Under the pieces are notes generated by a model. It had not been told where the DNA came from. It saw only the letters and a list, made by a program, of their open reading frames with translations, and made no database searches. A stretch of 64,000 bases of DNA from Nageia nagi (taxonomy: Eukaryota > Plantae > Pinophyta), in the NCBI GenBank assembly GCA_050084985.1, contig JBITNC010000001.1, positions 620,001-684,000 of the forward strand. Direction: 5' to 3'. Numbering within the stretch: the stretch's first letter is position 1; each line of letters begins with the position of its first letter. The translations under genes and the position numbers were made by a program. Below, piece by piece: positions 1-13,700 of the stretch.

Positions 1-2087
1 AGAGAGCTCCACTAGCTTGGGGAAGAGTCAAACCTATGTGCATATGAATGACAATGCAGTATACATTAAGACCTTAGTGGCTGAAAAGGATAACCCCCAG
101 TGTCCCAGAGATTTTAAGCAAAGTAATTAGATCATCAATACAGATCCTATTGGTGTGACGGGCAGGCAACATGCAATCATCTCAAACACCAAGGCAATCG
201 CCAAGGATGGGCTGTTAAAAGAAAAAGAAATAAAAAGCCTTAAGGAGTTAGCCGCTTAGAGGAGATTGACTTGTGAGATCAAGTCAGCCAAGGTACCAAC
301 AGAAGAGCTTCGGAAGGTGAAGCCTCTCAAAGAAGGTATGATGGAGGTAAAGCAGGAGGTGGTCGACGAGATATTGGCAGTATTAAGGTGATTCATTCAC
401 CCCCTTCACGAAGTCTCACTTGAGGAGAAGTTGAAGAACATTGTGACCGAAAGGGTCAGGCTCCTCGGGATTCTAGATTCTTGAAGGCCCATGATACTAA
501 GATTCGAAGCAATGCAAGAACAAAGACTTGAGGATGTCAACTTTTGTGAAGACTATTGGTTCTACTTGGGCATGATTAATCAGGTGCTCACCCGTTTCCA
601 AAAGACCAAGAAGGAGGTGGCCTTGATCAATGACAAGGCCTACTCATGCATTGAATAGATGAATTTCCAGGTTCAGTTCTTGGAGGACTCCATCATCAGA
701 GAGGTAGACATAGTAGTGATAGAGGCAAGACACCTTCTTCATAGTTTGATCATGACGAAGGACATAAACTCCTACCAGTATAAGAGTCACTTGAGGCACA
801 TGTTGCGGGCTCACACATGGAATATAGAGATGCAAAGGCTGATTGATGAGGTCGGAGATGGTGTTGCTATAAGCAAGCCGAAGTTTTTCAAAGATGTTGC
901 ATGGATTAGAACTTACAGCAAGATTCTTGGAGGACAGCTTTGAGGATCGAGTTGCAAGCTTGGGCCCACCATTGGCCTAAATATTATTTTAGTTTTTTTT
1001 TTCAAGAAGTTTTATTTTTAGTAAGACATTTCAAAATATTATTTTATTCCCAAACTTGTGAAGGATGAGGATTTGCTCGCATAAGTTTGGAAGAGACTTT
1101 GTAATGCCAAGTGGCGTATTTCTGTTGGACCGCACTTCATTTCTTGATTAGGGTTAGGGCAACACTGTTGGTTGCCTCAAAACTATTTATACCCCATTCT
1201 GATTCATTTTCAAGGGGGATTAACAAGTTTACCAATTCAAAGAACTTTTTCTTGCAAGACCAAAATTTCTATAAATTCTTAAATTTGGTGTATGACAATG
1301 CAATTGTGATTTAGATGCTTACTCATGTTGGAATGGTGAATATGAATGAATGAGTGATAGTGCTATGTAGTTCATTCTGCCATTGCTTTGTGTTGATTCA
1401 ATTGCTTGGTGCATCTTGTAAATTTCCTTGAAGTGGACAAGAGAGTGCTTGTATATCTTATGAAGTGATTGATTGGCATCCAGTTGATGATATTTTACTA
1501 TTTGTATTTTAGGCTTGGATACCTTGGAATGTCTCACTAATGTCGCTCATCGTAGGAACTTCACCTAGGTCCTTCAGTCCTATCTCCATCCCACCATACT
1601 TCATCTCTACCATGGCTTCAGGCTCCATCCACTAGGCCACTCGTGTTGTTGGCTAGTGGAGCAGATAGAGAGTGCTTGGAACTTGCAACGAGATCTAGTG
1701 AGTCGACTGCTGAGAACATTGTCTCAAGCCTGTGAGTTTGCATGCCCACCATTGCATCTTACTACCCACAGTCTTTTCACCACTTTTCTTTGTTTTATTT
1801 TACACTCTTTTCCACAATTTTCGCACCCCAATTTCCCTTTTCAGCATTTTCAAAAACAACTTAGTCAAAACCCGAACATAGAACACATAGTCCCTTGAAT
1901 CCACACATGATATTCATGTTGGTGGCAGCTTAAACATCTCAACCATTCCTTGAGTTATCTTTGCTCAAGTCGTGAAGCTAACCTTTGGGGTAACTAGTCC
2001 CCATAGCAGGAGGGAGTAACATCCCTTCACTTGAGGTGTTGGCGTTTTTCTCACTACTCTAGGGTAGGAAAGAAAAACCACCCAACA
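1..2087 (+). mobile_element. Gene-carrying TGTTG...CAACA unit, subfamily A copy 1 (5' part outside window)
   Basis: Homologous in protein and 3' DNA to the reverse complement of 15432-17520. Ends GTAGGAAAGAAAAACCACCCAACA, matching GTAGCAAAGAAAAAGCCCCCAACA of copy A2. Confidence 0.8.
2..980 (+). pseudogene. C-terminal coiled-coil part of the large accessory ORF (copy A1), with stops and frameshifts
   Basis: Translation TYVHMNDNAVYIKT...GRQHAIISN...SAKVPTEELRKVKPLKEGM...FCEDYWFYLG...LGPPLA* matches ORFs 16935..17324 and 16704..16925 (-). Confidence 0.75.
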
Positions 2088-2308
2088 CATTCACTTGGTA
2101 GTTGTGGTGATGATGAGAGGGAGCATTGAGTTAGCAATCGATGCTATTTTGGAACTCTACAAATCACGCGAGGAGATGTGGGGTGGCTGCAGGTAGTTTG
2201 GGAATGGGTGACAAGACTTTAAGGTGATGTTGCCTTTATTACAAAGAGTGGTCGAGCTAGTGAGGTGTGCCAAATGGAGTGTTGTACAAAGAGCCATGAC
2301 TTGAATTC

Positions 2309-2385
2309 TGTTGTGCCCACACAACACACCCCAAAATACAAGATTTTGGGGACCCTATTTTTGCGAAGGCAATGAGGTGCATCGC
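2309..2385 (+). mobile_element. Truncated 5' stub of the TGTTG...CAACA family (B-like)
   Basis: TGTTGTGCCCACACAACACACCCCAAAATACAAGATTTTGGGGACCCT...GAAGGCAATG matches the reverse complement of about 31625-31701. Confidence 0.65.
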
Positions 2386-3495
2386 TTTGAGATTTGTTTT
2401 TGGTGATGGATAGTTCATTCTGAAGAGTGCAAGCATGATATCAGGGAGCAATTCATGAAGATAATGCGACAAATACTCTAAAGAGTATCAAAGCATCCAA
2501 TCACCAATTTTGCAGCCAAGGAGCCAGGATCTGAGAGATACCATCCGAGCACAGATTTTTGGGTTTAGAATGAGGCCAGTGGAGGTGGGATCATTTTTCA
2601 AAGTTTGCCAGAGTTGGAATCAGAGAGCATAGGCTAGTGGAGGACGTCATTCTAGGCAAGTTTAGGCTTGGAAATTTTGAATTTTGACCAAGCATGCAAA
2701 AACAGCAACTAGGATAGGATTTGCACCCCTTTGATGACATCAAAGGGCTGAAAATCATGATCAAAAGCATTGCATTGAGTATGAAGAGAGTTTTGGGAGT
2801 GAAGTTGAAACAAATAAGATCAATTCTGATTTACATGGCAGCAATATATTCACTTCATCCAGCTCTATGAATATTAAGAATAGTGAAGATGTTGGTGTTA
2901 CACCTAGTGAAGTGGTTGAAGAAGGGAAATGCCAAGCTGAATTATATTCTTTGAAAGAAAAGTCTGAAGACAAGGTTCCTCCAAAAAAAAGGTAAATCTG
3001 AAAATGTTAAACACAAATCAGAAATTATTAGCTTTGTTTCGAATCCTACCAATGAATATTTTGTTGAAGTAGTTACAGCTGAAAATAATAAGGTTAATTC
3101 TGATTTGTATGACAGTAGTATGTCAGTTTTGCATAGCCCTAACAGTTATGAGGATAGTGAAGATCATGAAAACAAGGCATTGTATATGGCTGATCCTAAA
3201 TTTGATGATTGTGAAGAGCCTAAATTTGATGATAGTGAAGACACTTCTTTAATAAAATCAGAAATAGAAGCTATCAAAATGATGTTGAAAAGTGATTCTT
3301 CCAATAGTGATGTCATGGCTTCAGATTTGGAAGAGGTAAGCGATACACCTTGTCCCATCTCTTCTTACGTGATAATAGTTCCATCCAAGGGCATAGCATG
3401 AGTAAAGGAAAAGAAAAAAAAATTGGATGCAAATTCTAAAAGCATTATTCATTTGATGGAAAAAGCAATTCATTCTTGAAAAAGTGAAAACAACG

Positions 3496-5056
3496 GATAG
3501 TTGGCAGCCATTTAAAGGTGAGCAGAAAGGGCTATTAACACAACCATGTGAGCATCATAATACAAAATAAGTGGACTGTTTTTACAGTGTGAACAGTGAC
3601 CAGCATGTGGAATATGATCAATTGCCTTTTAATGACTCAAAGGGAGCTACGAAGACTGATACAAAGGTTGTACATGAAGGCGAACATACTATTATGATTA
3701 AACCCCTTAATATTCCACATTTTGAGCCTGTTCCTACATCTATGTGGACTGATTTGTTGGCTGATAGAAATTTGATATATAGACAGCCATATTCTCCATC
3801 TTTTGACATTTATTGTGAAGAAGATTTAGTTCCAACAGCAAACAAAGTGTTGGCTACAAATGTATGGGATAGGCATACTTCTATGATGATAGATGTTTAT
3901 ATTGTTACATTAAAAGGGGTTAAATACGATGACTCTCTCGCTCATATTCCAAAGTATTTCATTTATGTATTGGTGAAAGATAATCACGTGTTGAGGATTG
4001 TACTTGACTAACTTTTGGATGCAATTGAAGTGCATTCTCTATTCAACTTCATGGCTGCATTTATAAGGACTACTAAGGGAAAAGCATTGAATATGTAGAT
4101 TCTAAATTATGATTTATTAAGCTTTATCTATTTGCTATCTTTTGCACACATCCTAGTTTTGCAGGTTTCAAGGCGTTCGCATCATAGAGCTCTTACAGTG
4201 CGCATGTCGTATTTCTTTGCAATCCAGGGCTACAGATTTGGAGGGTGTTGAGCATTGATCTGGGTCATTCGAATATCATTACGGCTTCATCCCAAATTCG
4301 ATCCAATCCTCTGCATTATCATGCCAATCTTTGCAAATTGCTTGCTTCTCATATCAGGTGCGCACTTTCTTAGTTTTATTCAAACAGCCTAGATAAATGA
4401 TTTGAATCATATATTGTAAACTTATATTTATTGTATTTATTACAATAAATCATAATTTTGAGTCTACATATTCAATGTTTTTCCTTTAGCAGTCCTCGTA
4501 AATGCAGCCATGAAGTTGAATAGAGAATGCACTTCAATTGAATTCAGACTTGAGTCAAGTACAATACTCTACACGTGATTATCTTTCAACAATACATAAA
4601 TGACATACCTTGGAATATGATAAAGAGAGTCCTTGTATTTAACCCCTTTTAGAATAACAATAGAAACATTTATCATCATAGAAGTATGCTTATCCCATAC
4701 ATTGGTAGCCAACACTTTGTTTGCTGTTGTAACTAAATCTTCTTCACAATAAATGTCAAAAAATGTAGAATATGGCTGTCTATATATCAAATTTCCATCA
4801 GCTAACAAATCAGTCCACATAGATGTAGGAACAGTCCCAAAATGTGCAATATTAAGGGGTTTAATCATAATAGGAAATTCGCCTTCATGTACAGCCTTTG
4901 TATCAATCTCTGTAGCTCCCTTTGAGTCATTGAAAGGCAAGTAACATGCTGGTCACTGATCACACTATAAAGACATTCCACTTCTTTTGTATTATAATGC
5001 TCACATGGTTGTGTTAATAGCCCTTTCTGCTCACCTTTAAATGGTTGCCAACAATC
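3496..5056. repeat. Long inverted repeat, arms about 3496-4118 and 4444-5056
   Basis: ORF 3571..4011(+) and ORF 4569..4940(-) encode near-identical peptides. The DNA arms are reverse complements with scattered substitutions. Confidence 0.9.
4094..4468 (+). mobile_element. Short LTR-like unit with about 25-bp terminal inverted repeats at the centre of the inverted repeat
   Basis: TGTAGATTCTAAATTATGATTTATT...AATAAATCATAATTTTGAGTCTACA. Its 3' ~230 bp is homologous to 49030-49252, and it is preceded by purine-rich AAGGGAAAAG. Confidence 0.6.
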
Positions 5057-5093
5057 TTTTTGTATTATGATGCTCACATGGTTGTGTTAATAG

Positions 5094-5541
5094 TCTTGTT
5101 TCATTTTATCCTAATAAAAAAATCGAGCCACTCTTTTATAGGTTTTGAGAAACTCAGAGTGTCTTGCTGATGGTGTAGCATGCAATTCCTGAAGTATTGC
5201 TTCTCAACAGCAAGAAGTGGATGGCAATGCAATGCGGCCATTGAAGTGTAAAACTCCATATTGCCAAGAGAAATTCCATTTACTAGCAGGATTAGTCTGA
5301 AGTTGTTGAATTAATGCCTGAATTGAATAATCTTGAATCCATTCTTATTTCAGTTGCTCTAGACACCAGGGAACTAACAGTGAGATTGCTTGAAGTATTA
5401 CGAGTTCCTCAAATTTACGGGAAAGAGCATCTGCAACCACATTCTCTGAACCCTTTAGATACACTATTTCATAGTCATATCCCAACAGTTTGGTCATCCA
5501 CTTTTGTTGTTCAGTTGTCGCAAATTGTTTTTCCATAAAAT
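5094..5541 (-). pseudogene. Ty3/gypsy pol fragment: RNase H end and integrase Zn-binding region (outer gypsy, piece 3)
   Basis: QQKWMTKLLGYDYEIVY..G.ENVVADALSR...AILQELHATPSARHS. Reads in frame from HHSLKYF at about 23690 once 5542-23677 is removed. Confidence 0.85.
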
Positions 5542-6759
5542 TGTGACACCCCCTTGCATTATTGTCATTAATTGTGGAATCCAACGGATTCCCCTTTGTA
5601 ATATATTTTATTATTGCATTGTACTTTCAAGTTGTAGCTTGGGATAGAAGACTTCATAGGTCAAAGGACCCCACTGTGAGCCCCAAGTGTGACATCTCCC
5701 TCCCAAGCATAGATTAGTTGTTTTATTATACTTGGAGATCCTAATTTTGATTGTGGGAATCCCAAGGTCTATTTTGCACTTGGATGGATAAGCACTTGTA
5801 TACATGCACCAGTCTTGAGGAAACTCCTAGACCCCCACGTTGGCCCATTATGACACCTAGACGCATGGCTCCTAGACCAACATTGGGCATGCATAGAACT
5901 CCTAGACCCCCACGTTTGCATTTATGGCACTCCAGGCCCCCATGTTGGCATGCTTGATGCCTAGGCACCCACATTGGGAGTTATGGGCCCCCAAGAGGCT
6001 AACATTGGGATTCAGGAGTCAAGTGATGACTTTTAGGTGAGATCTAGACAAAGTCGAGTGTATAAAGAAGCATTGGAGCCTCATTATTGGATATACCTGA
6101 TTATACTATTATCTCTTGATATCGTCATGTGGACACAAGTCTTAGCAGCACTAAGCAATCCCCTAGGTGCAGCATCTAGGAGGGCTATCAGGCTAAGGGA
6201 TCCTCTAGCCTATGGCATTAGTGTAGCAACCTTTCCCATCTGGTGGTATTCTGAGGTTGCGCTTCTACCTTCAGTGGTTGCCAAGATCAAAGGAAGGCTC
6301 CTTCAATGGAGAGGATTCGAGTTTTGAGGGAGCAATATTGTCCCATGGTTCTATTGTCCGTCTAGCAGTGAGAGACATTCAGTTGTGCCCTAGTTGGCTA
6401 CTTGGAGGCCAACGTCCAACTTTGGGAGCTTGGTATTGTATCACTTGTCATTTCTTATCATATATATATAGCCATTGGGCATTTAGATCTCATGTTGTAT
6501 TGTTCTTATGTCCATTATTGCAACGTTGTGGTGTATTTGCTCATTTATGTATGTATGAGTTAGACATTGGCATTGTGAGGGTTTGAACATTGATATCTGC
6601 TTGTCTTGGCCAGATGTTGGCATCTTTGTGTTGTGTACACTTATAGTGGATGCCTTAGCTCAGACATTGGTAATATTGTGTTGTGAATGCTTAATGTGGG
6701 TTAGGGTTTGTTAATCGAATTTGTTGATTTGCACTTGAGTATTGTTTGGGATCCTTACA
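5542..6759 (+). repeat. 5' LTR (TG...CA, about 1.2 kb)
   Basis: TGTGACACCCCC...GGGATCCTTACA, a direct repeat of 22436-23677. Confidence 0.92.
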
Positions 6760-6760
6760 G

Positions 6761-6772
6761 TGGTATCAAAGC
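6761..6772 (+). promoter_or_regulatory. Primer binding site (initiator tRNA-Met type)
   Basis: TGGTATCAAAGC (consensus TGGTATCAGAGC) immediately after the LTR. Confidence 0.85.
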
Positions 6773-6845
6773 TTGGATCTAGCCAACTTGTGTATGAAAC
6801 TGGTAGTACATCGCTATTACACCAGATCCAGTACTCGAAGAGAGA

Positions 6846-7708
6846 TGGCATCCGCAAGAAAGAGCGAAAAGTCACATACCGAAGAAACACCTTCTAGGAC
6901 CATCCATGAGGAGGATCATCGACCATCAATGAATGAGGTGCCGAATGAAGGTGCATCTAGAGAGGAGGATGATGCACCAAGAGGAAGATCTACATTAGCC
7001 AGGAGAAGAGGCTCTACTCCGATTCAGGATTCCACACCTAAACGGAAGTTCAATGAGCTCATCTCAGCCATCCATAACATGACGAGAGCCATCACTGCCA
7101 TGCAACAGTAGCTGAATAGGCTTGTAGGAGTTCGTGAGGAGCCGAAGAGGCAAGTCAACCCCCCACGTCCTATTCCAAGTGATAGAGAGGAGCCACATAA
7201 GGAGGATAGGGCAGACAAGGAGTCGAGCATGAGGAGATCCCGTAGCTTGAGAGATCAGGAATCTACTCACCATGGATCTATGGGTCATCCAGAACCCACA
7301 TTTCTAAGATCCCATTCACACTGAGCACCACCAAGCACTAACCCTCGCCTAGGGAGGTACCTGCAGGAAGACGTTGGCAAGATGGTGGAGCAACCCATAA
7401 TCCCTAAGCCATCCAAGCCCATGTTCGCCAAGAAGTCATGGGAGGAGACAAAGAATAGGGTTGCTAGTCCACTAGATCTGAATCAGATTTTTAGGGAGTA
7501 TTCCATGCTCGATCTAGGGTCGAAGAGAGATGTCAACTTCAGCAACTACCTAGAGATCTTAGGGTTGAAGGGGAGTAAAACACATGGCCCACATACCCCA
7601 ATTAGTTCATGGGGAGACAAGAAAGACCTGTAACAAAAGATAAATAAATTGCATGTGCAGATGTACAGGACATGGTTGCATCAGCTACAAACTTACTTCA
7701 CATTAAGG
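6846..7708 (+). pseudogene. Degenerate gag, N-terminal part
   Basis: MASARKSE... through QKINKLHV...WLHQLQTYFTLR, a gag-like motif downstream of the PBS. Confidence 0.65.
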
Positions 7709-10700
7709 CACGGAAATGCTGAAAATGGGCAGAATTGAATACTTTGAGCCTAGAAATGACAGAAAATGACAACTTTAAGCTCGAAAGGCGAAAATGGTCA
7801 TTTTTGTACTGTTTGAGCTCGAAAATCATCGAAAATACAGAATTTGAGCTCGGAAATCATCGAAAATACAGAATTTGAGCTCGAAGGTGCTAGAAAGGGC
7901 GTTTTGGTCGACTTTGAGCTCAAAAATGCCAGGAGTGGTTCAAAATGCATAAATTGAGTCCCGAATGTCCAAAAATACAAGCTTGAGTAGCCTTAGCCCT
8001 AGGCACATTTTCCCAAGGTATTGAAGATCTAAGTGAGGGAAAAATGGTGCATGTTTCTAATAGATAAATACAAATAGTATCAGAATTCGAGTCTAAGAGC
8101 ATATTCGGAGAGATAAGATGAATTCTATCACAGTCCAAACTCAATTTTCGATTTTGACCAAGTCTAAGGCACTCCGAGGCTAGGCACAGTTTTTCAAGCC
8201 TATGGGAAATCCATAAAGATGCATTTTGGTGCCTAGATAGTAAATAAAAAGTGGAAATGCATCAAAAATGAAATCTAAATGCATGAATAAGTGGAAAAGA
8301 TGGTTCTAAGCCACATTAGGTCTCGAAATTTTTGATTTTGAGCAAGTAAAGGCCCCCAGAATGCTAGGGGCAAGTTTCTAAATGTTTTCAAATCCATTGG
8401 AGTGATAAATGGTGCCTAGATTGACAAGATGGAATGTTTTTTTATTTAAGTGCTTGCGACCAAGGAAAACATGATTGTAAGCACATTTAGGTCTCAAATT
8501 TTTTGATTTTGAGCACATTTGGGCACCTTAGAGGCTAGGCGTAGGTTTTGAGAGCTATGGAAATCCAATGGAATTAAAAATGGCACTTAAAAACAAAACA
8601 TTTGATAAAAATTGGTCAAAACTCAAGTTTGAGGGGTCCATTGGATGTAAAATGTGTTTTCTAGCACATTTAGGTCTTGAAAGTTCAAATTTTGGGCAAG
8701 TTTTGACCCTCCAAAGCCTACGCATAGGTTTGCAAATGTTTCCAATTCCATAGGGATGAAAAATGGCGCCTAACTTGGAGGGATAAGTGAAAAATGCACT
8801 AAAATTTGATCCCAAGGTGTCAATTGCATCAAAAACGCCATTCTAAATACATTTAAACTTGCAAAATTCAAATTTTAAGCAATTTTGAGGCACCTAAAGG
8901 GTAGGCATAGTTTTTCATGCCATTGGAAATCCAATGAAGTGAAATCTAGCGCCTTGGAACAAGATTTTTTGAAAAATTTCCTCAAAATCCAAGTTTCAAG
9001 GGTCAATTGCAAGGAAAACATGATTTCTAGCACATTTAAACTTGCAAATTTCCAAATTTGAACAAGGGAAGTGGCCCAAAATCCTAGGCACAGGTTTGCT
9101 GATTTTTCTAAAACCAATGAAGTCAAAATCAGTGCTTAGCATGAAGAGGAGTGAAAATTTTGCAAAAAAATAATTTTTTTTTACATGGTTGCATGGAAAA
9201 GGGCATTCTAAGGATGTTTAAACTTGCAACTTTTCAAAATTAAGCCCTAGAAATGCCCCAAAAAGTCAGGTGCAGGTTTCCAAGCCATTGGAGAACCCAA
9301 AAAAGTGAAAAATGGCACCTAGATGTAAGGAGAAAGCCCCAAAAGTCATCAAAATTTGATTTTGGGCACATAGATGGGTGAAGGAAGTGATTTGAATCAC
9401 ATTTAAACTTTGAAATTTTTCATTTTGGCCCAAAGAAGTGCCTCAAAAAGTCAGGCGCATGTTTGCAATCCTGTGGAGTGTTTAAAGGCTCCAAAAACTT
9501 AAAAACTATGCAAAATGCACCCTTAGAGCACTTTTCAGGTCAAAAACCCACTAAGGAGCATGCAAAAGGCATAAAAAACCTATAAATACCCCCTCAAGCC
9601 TCTCATTTTCTCCACAAACACTCTCATTAAGCCTCCATGCACCCATTTTTGAGCAAAATCCTCACAAAACCTCACAAAATTGCTCACAAGATCCAAAATA
9701 AACCAAAACCTAGTCAAAAAATTTCAAGAATCTTAGAATTCCATCCTCTATCCACCCATTAGGTCAAATCCACTTTTTAAAAATTTTCAAAAATTCAGAC
9801 CCCCTCTATCTTTTGGCCATTTTCAAGTTTTTTGGAAAAAAGTGAAAAAACACAAAAAACACTTTTTCAAGGCTAAAAAACTCCAAAATTTTGAGTGATC
9901 CAAACGTTGAAGTGGATACCAAAGTGATAAATCCCATATAGGAGAGAACCCTCCATCATTCACTTCCCCCAAAAGAAGCTTGAAAACCCATTTTACATCT
10001 CTATCTTTCCAAGCTTCGAAGCTGCAAAAACTTGTCAAAAAACGAATACATGGGCTAAGAAAACGAGTTAATTTGGACCTTGCAAACTCGAAATTTTTCT
10101 CCAAGACTTGACCACAAGCCTCCTAGATTTATTTGCCAACATCCCATGCACTTGTTTTCCAATTTCAACGAACTTGAAAATTTGCAAAAATCCACACTTA
10201 GCTTTTGAAAAACCCAAAAATAAGACAAAAATTTGACTCTCTTTTTTGCTCCAAAATCGCTCCAGAGATACCCAATACCACTCCTAAAACCTTGTTGTAC
10301 TCCATAGGTTTGAATCATGAGCATTGATAAGAAAAACAAAGAACTCCAGATGGAGAAGCTCATGAAGACTAGCCTAATCACCCTAGAAAAATGAGGGAAG
10401 GCTCTTTTCCCTATGGCTGTGCTAGTATATGGCCTTGGACAAATCAAAGACATAGATTGGGCAAACACTGACCCCGTCAAGTCATTAGAGAAGATGGCCA
10501 AGATCCCACACGAACGACTGTTCAATGATACACTTGCTCAATGCAAGATCGTTGAACCTTCTTTGATCCCTTTTACCGCTCCATTCCTAGAACCGTGCCT
10601 CGAGGTAGCAAGATATTGCGACACAAAAGAGAGAGTCCTCCTCGACAATGAAGGCACAAAGATACTAGATTTCACTATGGAAGGAATAGAGAGCACATTT

Positions 10701-13700
10701 GCATGGAGTAATGAAGGCATCATATTCTCCATGAAAGAGTCCATCAGATTCTATAACAGCTTGACCAAGCTAGGGAACTTGATAAGAGATTGGTTAGTTG
10801 ACGAGTGCAAAGATTACAAGGCAAAGGCCTTAAGTCAACCCAAAAGTATAGACTTTATTCTATAGTCTCGACCATTATCAGTATGTTGTGCAGGATCACG
10901 AGACAAGAGAATGATCAAAGATTCGAAAAGGAATTCGTGGGCTTCATACATTAGATCAGCAGAAGCAAAGGGATCAGATGGAGTAAGGTGATCAACGACT
11001 GCTTAGCTCAACAGTTGTTTAGAATCGTAGAAACAAAGAGATTCTACATGAGCTCTTACTTGGTATTCCTGCTTCTACATGGCAAGAACAAAAAATCCGC
11101 CATAGCAAATACCAAGTACCTCTTTGATCCAGAAATGCCAGTATGGCAGAGTTACCCTAGATTCATGTTGGAAAACCGGTGGGACGAATTCAAAATGATG
11201 AATGAAGGATTCGAGTGCCATATATATGCGGAGTTAAAGGGGACCGTCAATATGACCAGGATATCAAAAGCGACGATCCAAGTTCTTCGAGGACATGCAC
11301 AATTTTATCTTGAAGAGATATATGCCACATATATCATGGTTTATGGGTCAATCGAGCCACCTTACAAACTTTCTCGTTACGCAAGTGGTCGGTTCATCCT
11401 GATGTAATTTTGCAGACACTTGTTGTACCTACACGAGAAAGTCTGGTGTAAGAAAGGTGCCACCACATGCAAATTACCTATCTGCATAGGAGAGTACAAA
11501 TGCACATCATGGCATCAAGTCAAGACGATGAAGATGAAGCTGGCATATTATGGCTTCGCAGTAGAACATGCGGTAGAGTACTATGATCTTGAAGGTGTAA
11601 TTGATGCTACAAGAAAACCTGGCAAACTGATTACCCTCACAAGTCCCTAAGAAAGCTCGAAAGGTACAGAAATATAGATGACATCGAGCAGATCAACAAG
11701 CTAAATAGGGACTTGGCAGCAGAAAAGAAGCTTAAATAGACCGTGACCAAGAAAAAGAAGAAAAGAGGTCTGCAAGAGGAGAATGCAATAGCCAAGATAC
11801 ATCCTTCGATAATCCTTAAAAAGAATCCCTCAATTCCTTGTGAACTGCCACCAATTTCGCCTTCCGTGAGATTGACACAGGGGTAGTTTGGTCAATATGC
11901 CACACTCATTGTTCAACTAGGGCAAACTATTGATCAGACCATAAAAGGATTATCACAAGAGATAAGAAGCACTAAAGAGATTGGAAGCACTTCGCACCCA
12001 TACAAATGCTTGAAAAAATTGGTGGAAGTCCCTTCCAAAGGTCCATCTTGAGATGGGCAATTATATTATTCTGGCCCTAGTTCTCTTGCTTCTCCTGCCA
12101 GTGATAGCAAGGATGAATATGAGATTGACGAAGGAAACCTCTTGAGAGAACCCTTAGAAGATGGCCAGATATTTGAAATACCTTACATCTCAAGCAATGA
12201 ATCAAATTTATCAGTCGAAGAGATACCGGCCATAAGTGTTCCTAGCATAGAAGAACCCGTTCAGGCAACAAGACCTACATCTACACGGGCTTCCACACCT
12301 CGACAACCAAAGAAGACATCTCCACCTCAGAGAAAACCTCCACCACTTGCTTCAAGAAAGACCCCAACGTCTAAGGGAATAGCTTCCTCATCAGGAGGGG
12401 ATGGAGGAAATGAAGAGGATGAAGGTGAAGATGAAGACTAGAGGAAGAAAAGGAGAGAGAGAATATCAAAGGAATCCAGAGAGACAAGTGACTATAGTTG
12501 CCAATCCTGAGCCAAGTTACAATTTCGACATGACGGCACTTTAAAAAAACTTAAGAGCATATCATCCATCCGAAGCTCGTGCCAACCTTGAAACTGATCA
12601 GGAAATCAAAGAATGAACTTGAGCATGTAGCCACTTACGTCTCGATGAAGGATAATTCCATCATCATAGATACTGTTGTTGCAGAAAGGAAAAGGAATGC
12701 CGATGGAGAATTTGCATTAGTGGTGGAAACACGAGAAGAGCCATGTAAATCAATCGAAACTTTGGGCAGACAACATGCAGTAGTTTCTAATGTTGCAACA
12801 CTGAAAGAGGAGAACACTTCACAGAAGGTAGAAATCAAGGAGCTGAAAAGAGAATTGATTGAAAAGAGAAAGTTGACCGTAGATATCCAAGTTGCTAACT
12901 TGACTATTGAAGACATCAGGAAGCAGATCTCATTGAATATCGGGATTCAAGCGGTCAAACAAGAGTGGATTAACGAAACCAAAGAAGCTATGCAAGAGTT
13001 ATTCCTAGGAATAACTAACTTTTTTATTGAAGACAATGGATTGTTCATCGCTCAAGAAAGGATGCATGAGCTAAGAAGAAAAGCTATTGGTATGCCAATA
13101 ATAGTGGAGTACTGTCATCAATTCTTTTAATAGTATGATTGGTTGTTCTATGTCGTTTCAAAGTGTCAGGATTTCATCCAAGTCCGGACAAATTTCAAAG
13201 CAGACATGAGGAAATAGCTAGCAAAATACCAGTTTGATCCAAGGTTGATCGAGGAAGATGGATGTAGCAGAGACTATTCCACTGTAATAAATGAGGTTCA
13301 GCTGATAATCAACACTTCCCTCGAAACTGGAGATATTAATGTCCTCAAATCCGGCAAATAGCTCAAATATGGTAGCAATATGGCAGTATGGTGTAGTGAA
13401 ATGAAGAAGACTTCAAAACCATCACCACATATCTATTGGCAAATGAAGGGATAAAGGAGATCCTCAATATCGGAGTCAAAAATAGAGAAATCTTCATGGC
13501 ACAGACTTCAAGGCCACCATCGCATCACATGTGCAAACTGCAAATCAACCACCGTAATTTTTGTCACTTTACAAAATTTTGAAAATTTTGTAAATCAATC
13601 AACCGGGAAAGTTGAGAACCAAAAATCGACTAACCCTGCTCTCATGATCAGTCCACCTGGCAAGTAAAGCACCAAAAGTCAGATGACATAGTCGTAGCAG

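Noticed and set aside
1148-1159. TTAGGGTTAGGG telomere-like motif
   Set aside because: Only two units. More likely a telo-box-like promoter motif than an interstitial telomere.
3571-4011. 146-aa ORF with an inverted twin, considered as a host gene
   Set aside because: No recognisable domain. It sits in retroelement-like 3' internal DNA and the twin is frameshifted at its start.
6037-6586. ORFs repeated at 22977-23515
   Set aside because: They lie inside the two LTRs. The similarity reflects LTR duplication and the stops differ between copies.
7720-10300. Many short ORFs and quasi-periodic motifs (TTTGAGCTC, CCTAGG, AAATTTT) upstream of the B gene; similar ones at 20050-21120 and 28500-31500
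   Set aside because: Degenerate non-coding repeats. The ORFs are not conserved between copies and there is no CRISPR-like repeat-spacer regularity.
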